This document shows positions 57,679-64,000 of a stretch of DNA of 64,000 bases, one piece after another (position 1 is the stretch's first letter; the number at the start of each line of letters is the position of its first letter). The stretch covers positions 8,817 to 72,816 of the forward strand of contig JAFXKG010000002.1 of NCBI GenBank assembly GCA_017531805.1, read 5' to 3'. The notes below the pieces were generated by a model, which saw only the letters and a list, made by a program, of their open reading frames with translations, did not search any database and was not told where the DNA came from. The stretch is from Clostridia bacterium. GTDB lineage: Bacteria > Bacillota > Clostridia > Christensenellales > UBA1242. A program made the translations under genes and the position numbers.

Positions 57679-59856
57679 ATGGAAAAAAAGAAAAACAATT
57701 CCTTTAAAACGATGTTGATATATTTAGCTATCTTTGTATTTGGCATAGCATTGATATATTGGGTTGTTTCTGCTAATAATAAGGAAAAAGAGATAAGTTA
57801 TACAGAGTTTCAACAAATTGTTCAAGCAGGTCAAGTTGCAGAAATTGATGTGTATGGTTATACCGTGCGTATCCGTAAAGTTGGCGGAGTTGAGGACAAA
57901 AATTTCCCTAACAAAGTTGACGCGTATTGCTCTTTTATGAGTGTTAACGAACTTACAGCATTTATTGACACATACAATGAAAGTTTGTATGTTAAAGAAG
58001 CGGATGGCTCTTATAAACTTGATGAAAATGGTGCAAGAGTGCTAAAAGAAGGCGCTGTTATCGTAAACGCAACCTATTCTTTTGAATCAGAACCTTTGTT
58101 ATCTTCAATCATGCCATATGTAAGTGTGGTTGTTATTGTGGTTATTGGTATATTCTTGTTTAAATCTATGTCAGGCAACAACAAAGGCTTTGGATTTGGT
58201 AAATCAAAAGCAAAATTGGTTGTTTCTTCAAATGTAAGGTTTGCAGATGTTGCAGGCGCAGAAGAAGAAAAACAAGAACTTAAAGAAATTGTGGAATTTT
58301 TAAAAAATCCTGCAAGGTTTACAGAACTTGGCGCTCGTATACCAAAAGGTGTGTTGTTGGTTGGTCCTCCAGGTACTGGTAAAACATTGCTTGCAAAAGC
58401 AGTAGCAGGCGAAAGTAAAGTTCCGTTCTTTAGCATTTCAGGTTCTGACTTTGTAGAATTGTATGTAGGTGTTGGTGCTAGTCGTGTTAGAGACCTTTTT
58501 GACACTGCAAAAGCAAGCGCACCTTGTATTGTGTTTATTGACGAAATAGACGCAGTTGGTCGTCAACGTGGTGCTGGTCTTGGTGGCGGAAATGATGAAC
58601 GCGAACAAACACTAAATCAAATGTTAGTAGAAATGGATGGTTTTGAGTCTAACAGTGGTATCATTGTATTGGCTGCAACAAACAGATCAGATGTACTTGA
58701 CCCAGCGCTTACTCGTCCAGGCAGATTCGACAGGCAAGTATATGTACATCTCCCAGATGTTAAAGGCAGAGAAGAAATTATTAAAGTTCATGCAAAAAAC
58801 AAACCACTCAGTGATGATGTAGATTTCAAGCGTATTGCAAGGTTGACAAGCGGTCTTGCTGGGGCAGATATCGAAAACCTTTTAAACGAAGCGGCATTGC
58901 TTGCTGCTCGTGATGGCAGATACAAAATCACAATGGTAGATATACAAGAAGGTCTTAACAAAGTGTTGATGGGACCTAAAAAAGTATCAAGAGTTGTTAC
59001 AGAAGAAGATAAAAAAATAACTGCAATACACGAAGCGGGTCACGCTATTGTGGCACAAAGTCTTCCTAATTGCGACAATGTACAAGAAATTTCTATTGTT
59101 CCGCGTGGTCATGCAGGTGGGTACACTCTTACATTTGACGAAAAAGACGAAGCACACATGACAAAGCAAAAATTGCTGGATACTATCGCAATGATGCTTG
59201 GTGGTCGTAGCGCAGAAGAAACAATGTTAAATGATATCACAACAGGTGCATCTAATGATATAGAACGCGCAACAAACATAGCAAGAAAAATGGTTATAGA
59301 GTGGGGCATGTCTGACAATATTGGACTTATCAGTTTTGGAGAAGGTGGACAAATATTTGTAGGCCGTGATTACCAAAAACAAGTGCCATATAGTCAAGAA
59401 CTTGCTTGCAAAATTGACCAAGAAGTTAAAAAGATAATCAACGATGCACACAAAATTGCAAAAGACATTTTGGCAAGCAAGAAAGATGTTATAGAAAAAG
59501 TTACACAAATCTTGCTTAACAAACAAACAATTTATAAAGAAGAGTTTGAAATGCTTTTTGATGGTGCAAGTGTAGAAGAAGTTGAACTTGCCATCGACAA
59601 AAAGGAAAAAGAAAAGCGAGAATATCAAGAAAAAGCAAAAAGAGAAGCTATTGAAGAACATAAAACTAGAGATATTAAATCTAGAGTAGAAACTGCAGAA
59701 GCACTTGCAAAAGCAGGAGTTATCTCAAAACAAGATTACGAAAACATCAAAAAAGATGCGGAAAAAGAGTTTGAAGAATTTAACAAACAAATGAAAGAAT
59801 CAGAGCCAAAAACTGAAAACAATTCAGATAATGGCGAAAACAACACAGGAGAATAA
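57679..59856 (+). CDS. ftsH: ATP-dependent zinc metalloprotease FtsH
   Basis: Two TMs, [16 protein letters not shown] (ATNR...RPGRFDR), HEAGH motifs. Confidence 0.97.
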   Translation: MEKKKNNSFKTMLIYLAIFVFGIALIYWVVSANNKEKEISYTEFQQIVQAGQVAEIDVYGYTVRIRKVGGVEDKNFPNKVDAYCSFMSVNELTAFIDTYNESLYVKEADGSYKLDENGARVLKEGAVIVNATYSFESEPLLSSIMPYVSVVVIVVIGIFLFKSMSGNNKGFGFGKSKAKLVVSSNVRFADVAGAEEEKQELKEIVEFLKNPARFTELGARIPKGVLLVGPPGTGKTLLAKAVAGESKVPFFSISGSDFVELYVGVGASRVRDLFDTAKASAPCIVFIDEIDAVGRQRGAGLGGGNDEREQTLNQMLVEMDGFESNSGIIVLAATNRSDVLDPALTRPGRFDRQVYVHLPDVKGREEIIKVHAKNKPLSDDVDFKRIARLTSGLAGADIENLLNEAALLAARDGRYKITMVDIQEGLNKVLMGPKKVSRVVTEEDKKITAIHEAGHAIVAQSLPNCDNVQEISIVPRGHAGGYTLTFDEKDEAHMTKQKLLDTIAMMLGGRSAEETMLNDITTGASNDIERATNIARKMVIEWGMSDNIGLISFGEGGQIFVGRDYQKQVPYSQELACKIDQEVKKIINDAHKIAKDILASKKDVIEKVTQILLNKQTIYKEEFEMLFDGASVEEVELAIDKKEKEKREYQEKAKREAIEEHKTRDIKSRVETAEALAKAGVISKQDYENIKKDAEKEFEEFNKQMKESEPKTENNSDNGENNTGE

Positions 59857-59860
59857 AGTT

Positions 59861-60388
59861 ATGGCAAAAAAGATATGCGCAATTGTAAGTTTAGTTTTGG
59901 TGGCAATTGTTGTTACAACAACTTTAATACTATCAAATATAGAAATCAACAACAATATTGAATATAGAGAACCTACAAGGATATATGTTCAATACAGAAG
60001 TTTTGAAAAAACTGCAGTTTCTGATACTCAAAAAGCACAAATTTTAAAGCTTTTAAATGATGCAAACGACAAAAATTTGTTAACATCTTTGTTTGATGGT
60101 ACTAAAGATGAAAAACCTCAACTTATTACAGAAAGAACAACAGCAAAAACAATACCAACAGCAAGCGATTTTTATGTGATTTTCTATTACGAAAATCCAC
60201 AAAAACTTGCAGAAGAAGATTACACATATCGTCAATTGGTATTTACCGTTACAAGTGTTGATAACAAAGCGGAAGTTAAAGTCTATATTACTCCATCTGA
60301 CGAAATGAAATATTCTAAATATTATTCAATCAACACAAATTATAACGATTTGTATAACTATCTTGTTGATAACAAATTAAATAAATAA
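59861..60388 (+). CDS. membrane-anchored/secreted hypothetical protein
   Basis: AGGAG RBS; N-terminal hydrophobic helix. Confidence 0.68.
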   Translation: MAKKICAIVSLVLVAIVVTTTLILSNIEINNNIEYREPTRIYVQYRSFEKTAVSDTQKAQILKLLNDANDKNLLTSLFDGTKDEKPQLITERTTAKTIPTASDFYVIFYYENPQKLAEEDYTYRQLVFTVTSVDNKAEVKVYITPSDEMKYSKYYSINTNYNDLYNYLVDNKLNK

Positions 60389-60394
60389 TAAAAC

Positions 60395-60426
60395 AAAAAA
60401 TTCAAGCAATTACGCTTGAATTTTTT
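60395..60426. terminator. bidirectional intrinsic terminator
   Basis: AAAAAATTCAAGC...GCTTGAATTTTTT. Confidence 0.78.
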
Positions 60427-60456
60427 AATACAATAAACTGATATAAATTGTTTTGA

Positions 60457-60681
60457 TTATTTATTGTTTAACATAAAGTCTAATATGTTGCCAACAGTTT
60501 TCATTTTTGCAACTTCTTCGTCCGGAAGAGAAACATTAAATTCGTCTTCAAAAGCCATGATAAGTTCTACAATGTCAAGGCTGTCTGCGCCCAAATCTTC
60601 TACCAAACGAGTATTTTCGTTAATATCTTCTACTTTTTTATTTAACTTTTCTGCAATTAAGCTGATAATTTTTTCCTTCAT
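60457..60681 (-). CDS. acpP: acyl carrier protein
   Basis: DLGADSLD.VEL.M..E.EF motif; GGAGG RBS. Confidence 0.95.
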   Translation of the reverse strand: MKEKIISLIAEKLNKKVEDINENTRLVEDLGADSLDIVELIMAFEDEFNVSLPDEEVAKMKTVGNILDFMLNNK

Positions 60682-60840
60682 ATTTTCCTCCACTATTATT
60701 TTATCTTAACCAAAAAAAAATGTAAAGTAAAATTGTCCGTTTTGTAAAATCTTGTTGATTTGTCAATTTTATATAATTTTTACAATGTTGTGTCAATTTT
60801 AGACAATCAGTAAAATGTTTATATATGATAAAATCTCCAT

Positions 60841-61770
60841 ATGAAATTATTAAAATCTAACGAAATAATACAAGTGGTGCAACAAAAGGCTATGTATCAA
60901 AAAGTTATGGTACTTTATGATGATTTTGCAAGCGACATACAAATAAACGACATTATACAACAAATGAAAGGATCATGCATTTTTAACAAAATTCACATTA
61001 AGGATGCAGAGCCAGAAATTTATAATGGTTATAAACTAATTTTGTATTTTTGTGGTGTGGATAGCATTTTACATCGCAAATTTGATGCAAGTGAATTTGT
61101 CAATATATATCTGCCACAAGATAAGGGGATTTTGCCGTATTTTGTTGGTTTGGACAACAAAATTGAAGATAAGCAAAATTATTTATTGATATCAAATCAA
61201 ATGGCGGATGTTTATGCTCTTGCAAGTTTGTATTTTAATAGATTTTTTAATTATATGCAAGATTTGCTTTATTTTCAGTATAGTGACAAAAATTTTGAAT
61301 TTGTAGATAATGAAATAACCATGTATCGCATTATAGAAACTTTAAATAATACAACAAAAGATTTGGAATTTGTTGATATCAAATTAATCAAAGAAATTGG
61401 TTTAAGTTACGAAGATTTGATTTATGTAGATTTTTTGTTGATTTCTGCATTTAAAGTAGTAATAACATCAGTTAGTAATCATACGCTAGGGCTGGTTGAT
61501 GTATACAAAAGTTTTAAAGAAGATTATGCAGGTGTGGATCGTGTTTATGCAATGCTAGGTAACAGATCGCTAATGAACTTGGTTGAATTAAATTATAATT
61601 TTTTAAATAACGCATGCGAAAAGACCAAAACAAAAATTTTAGACTTGTTACCAACCAACAAAATTGACAAAGATAGGTTGATACAAATTATAGATAAAAT
61701 TAAAACTTATGCAAAACAAAGTGATGACCTTATAGGATATTTGTATTTGTACGATGTTTTTGGTAGTTAA
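60841..61770 (+). CDS. hypothetical protein
   Basis: 309-aa ORF, no confident motif. Confidence 0.65.
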   Translation: MKLLKSNEIIQVVQQKAMYQKVMVLYDDFASDIQINDIIQQMKGSCIFNKIHIKDAEPEIYNGYKLILYFCGVDSILHRKFDASEFVNIYLPQDKGILPYFVGLDNKIEDKQNYLLISNQMADVYALASLYFNRFFNYMQDLLYFQYSDKNFEFVDNEITMYRIIETLNNTTKDLEFVDIKLIKEIGLSYEDLIYVDFLLISAFKVVITSVSNHTLGLVDVYKSFKEDYAGVDRVYAMLGNRSLMNLVELNYNFLNNACEKTKTKILDLLPTNKIDKDRLIQIIDKIKTYAKQSDDLIGYLYLYDVFGS

Positions 61771-61841
61771 TATTATATAATCCAACATTTTTTTTAGATT
61801 TTAAATGATTAAACATAAAAAAACTGCAATATAATTTATGT

Positions 61842-62264
61842 ATGAAAAAGATATTGATAGTTGTAGTTTTGTTTATGATTTTGATTACAAACTTAAACCA
61901 AAATCAAAGTTTTAGTTTGCTTGATTACTTTAATGGTGAATATTACTCGTATACCACTGCACCTGTAGGTGATAACTTTGTTAATTTAGGCAATTGCTAT
62001 ATGAATTTTTCTTCAACAAGAGCAAACAATATTATTGGTGAAAGTATGGTGATAAAAAATTTTGAAGTTTCAAACGCAATCAAAGTTTTAAATGCGCAGG
62101 TTAAAAAAACTGAATATTTGCAAGACGGAACTGTTGTTATTTATGCTTTTACAAACAAGATAAATAGAGATGTTAATATTGATGGCGAAAAGGTTAATCT
62201 TCAAATTGCGTGCTACGAAGATTATTCTGTCTTAGGTTGGCCATTAATTTTAGGTAGTTTTTAA
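61842..62264 (+). CDS. YwmB-like protein
   Basis: Signal peptide; C-terminal NLQIA....LG.P.I...F pattern. Confidence 0.6.
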   Translation: MKKILIVVVLFMILITNLNQNQSFSLLDYFNGEYYSYTTAPVGDNFVNLGNCYMNFSSTRANNIIGESMVIKNFEVSNAIKVLNAQVKKTEYLQDGTVVIYAFTNKINRDVNIDGEKVNLQIACYEDYSVLGWPLILGSF

Positions 62265-62316
62265 AAATTAGGTTTAAAACACAAAATTTTGTCCATTATC
62301 TTCACAAGGAGGAAAT

Positions 62317-62895
62317 ATGGACAAAAACTTAAATGTACAAAAGAAAAATTCTGCAATGAACTTTGTTTATGCAACCATTATTGGTATGCTGGTGGTTGCT
62401 TGTGCTATAACAATTGCTTTTGTGGGTAACACCGCTCAAACAAAAGCAGAGATAGGACAAGTTGTTGAAGTATCAGCCAATACTTATATCGTGCCTATGG
62501 AAAACGCAACAATAGCAAAAGATTATAATGCAAAAGAGTTGCAATACAACGATACATTAAAGCAATGGGAAATACACAAAGCTATTGATTTTGTGGCGGG
62601 CGACAACCTTAATGTGTATACCATTGCAGATGGAACTGTGTCAAAAGTGTACACAAACTATCTTGAAGGTGGTGTTGTTGAAGTTGCACACGCAAATGGT
62701 ATGGTGAGTGTATATAAATCACTTACAGATGTCAACCTTAAAGTTGGGGATAAAGTAAGTGCAGGGCAAGTTATTGGGCAAGCAAGCAACTCAATGGCAC
62801 AAGAGTTGAATAGTGGTGCTCATTTACATTTTGAAATGATTTTAAATGGTACAAAAGTAGATCCAAACAATTATTTGTCACTTGGCAATAAATAG
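62317..62895 (+). CDS. M23 family peptidase, membrane-anchored (SpoIIQ-like)
   Basis: H..ID, G..V...H.NG...Y, HLHFE and VDP motifs; N-terminal TM. Confidence 0.82.
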   Translation: MDKNLNVQKKNSAMNFVYATIIGMLVVACAITIAFVGNTAQTKAEIGQVVEVSANTYIVPMENATIAKDYNAKELQYNDTLKQWEIHKAIDFVAGDNLNVYTIADGTVSKVYTNYLEGGVVEVAHANGMVSVYKSLTDVNLKVGDKVSAGQVIGQASNSMAQELNSGAHLHFEMILNGTKVDPNNYLSLGNK

Positions 62896-62899
62896 ATAT

Positions 62900-62926
62900 A
62901 AAAAAACCACCATTGGTGGTTTTTTT
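62900..62926. terminator. bidirectional intrinsic terminator
   Basis: AAAAAAACCACCA-t-TGGTGGTTTTTTT. Confidence 0.75.
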
Positions 62927-62930
62927 AAGT

Positions 62931-63533
62931 TTATTCGCCAGTTTCAGGCAATGGAGAATATGTTGCTAACCAATCTTCTGGAGCAGTTGTCCATACAGTG
63001 TTTGCTGCATTGTTAGCTTGTTGGATTGCTTCCACAACAACGTCAATTGTAAATGTTTTGTTGGCATCAGTGTTGGTAAGGCTTGTAGGGATAGTAACTG
63101 CTGTTACAAAATCTACAGCACTGCCAGCGCTTAATGTACCATTATAGTAATAATAATCGTCTGTACCTTCTGTCCAATTGTTTGTTGTAGCTGCTTCTAC
63201 GTTAACTGTTGCACCTTCTGTGTTAGTAATAGTCAATTTAGCTCTGATAAGCGCAGTGGTGGTGTTTGCAGGAGCTGCAACACCGATTGCTTGGTCGTAC
63301 ACGCTACCTGGCAAAGCATCGCCTGAGAAAGTTAATGATGATGCAGTTGCGCCACCTTGAGTGATTGTTATTGTAACAGGATCACCCAAAGTGATGTTAC
63401 CAGTTACATCAGCGGTAGATGTGAAGTATGCAAGTGTTACACCAATCGCCACAGATGCTAAAAGCAATATTGACAAAACAATGATTGCAATAGTAGAAGT
63501 AGAAAGTTTTCTTCTTGTTTTTGTTGTCGCCAT
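62931..63533 (-). CDS. SipW-type signal peptide protein (TasA/CalY-like)
   Basis: Hydrophobic helix followed by GVTLAYFTS; W....D.YYYY and V.VEAIQ motifs. Confidence 0.72.
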   Translation of the reverse strand: MATTKTRRKLSTSTIAIIVLSILLLASVAIGVTLAYFTSTADVTGNITLGDPVTITITQGGATASSLTFSGDALPGSVYDQAIGVAAPANTTTALIRAKLTITNTEGATVNVEAATTNNWTEGTDDYYYYNGTLSAGSAVDFVTAVTIPTSLTNTDANKTFTIDVVVEAIQQANNAANTVWTTAPEDWLATYSPLPETGE

Positions 63534-63652
63534 AAATACTCCTTTTGTTTTGACAATCGTATTTTGTGAAACAAAACCAAATTTATGCATACAACTACAA
63601 CAAAAATTAAATCATTATAATTTCATTTACATATGTGATTGCTATTAGATAT

Positions 63653-63679
63653 AAAAAAACCCGCTTAAAGCGAGTTTTT
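63653..63679 (-). terminator. intrinsic terminator
   Basis: AAAAAAACCCGCTT...AAGCGAGTTTTT. Confidence 0.6.
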
Positions 63680-63680
63680 A

Positions 63681-64000
63681 TTATAATTGAGTTGTTGTAC
63701 CTTTAATTTTAGAAGTATAACGAACAATAGGATAACTGTTGCTTGCAAGTGCAATCAAACTTTCTTCATATTTAGTGTAACCATTGTTTGAAGTGTAGTT
63801 TTCTTCACTGCCACTTGCTGGGTATACTTCGTCAAACAACATGTCAAAGTATGTTTCGTCAGTTAAAGGGTTTAATGTTTTTGTCAAATCGTTAATTTTA
63901 ATATCATCAGTTTTGTCAAATGATATATCAAATGAATTTACATCACCAACAAAGAACACCAAGTGAATACCATAAGATGTAACGCAAAGGTCTGAATAAT
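63681..64000 (-). CDS. hypothetical protein, partial (runs off right edge)
   Basis: Frame open from 64000 to the stop at 63681. Confidence 0.6.
   Translation of the reverse strand, partial: YSDLCVTSYGIHLVFFVGDVNSFDISFDKTDDIKINDLTKTLNPLTDETYFDMLFDEVYPASGSEENYTSNNGYTKYEESLIALASNSYPIVRYTSKIKGTTTQL

Overview
AT-rich, standard-code Bacillota (Clostridia-like) chromosome window in three parts. (1) 1-18.6 kb: housekeeping genes plus a Wzx/Wzy-type surface polysaccharide locus. (2) 18.6-35.3 kb: an integration hotspot at tRNA-Thr(GGT). It has two identical 48-bp tRNA 3' halves, one full tRNA with a recoded att core, an array of orphan tRNA 5' halves, and two families of arm-type repeats that outline two stacked elements. 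The left element carries an apparently undescribed RiPP cluster: an unannotated 18-aa precursor (MRKLFRKFNKKFDLLCTA), an unknown-domain/C39-like peptidase fusion, a minimal E1-like protein, a YcaO ending PHPFP, a nucleotidyltransferase and a ThiE homologue. It also carries an SF2 helicase-nuclease, a candidate sRNA behind a broken PemK-like gene, a broken integrase and a toxin/immunity-like pair. The right element carries a BcgI-like restriction-modification system. (3) 35.4-64 kb: core genes (rel-like, P-type ATPase, gltX, OLE RNA plus oapA, uppP, ychF, tyrS, ftsH, acpP). All calls come from motif reading by eye; no database searches were run.
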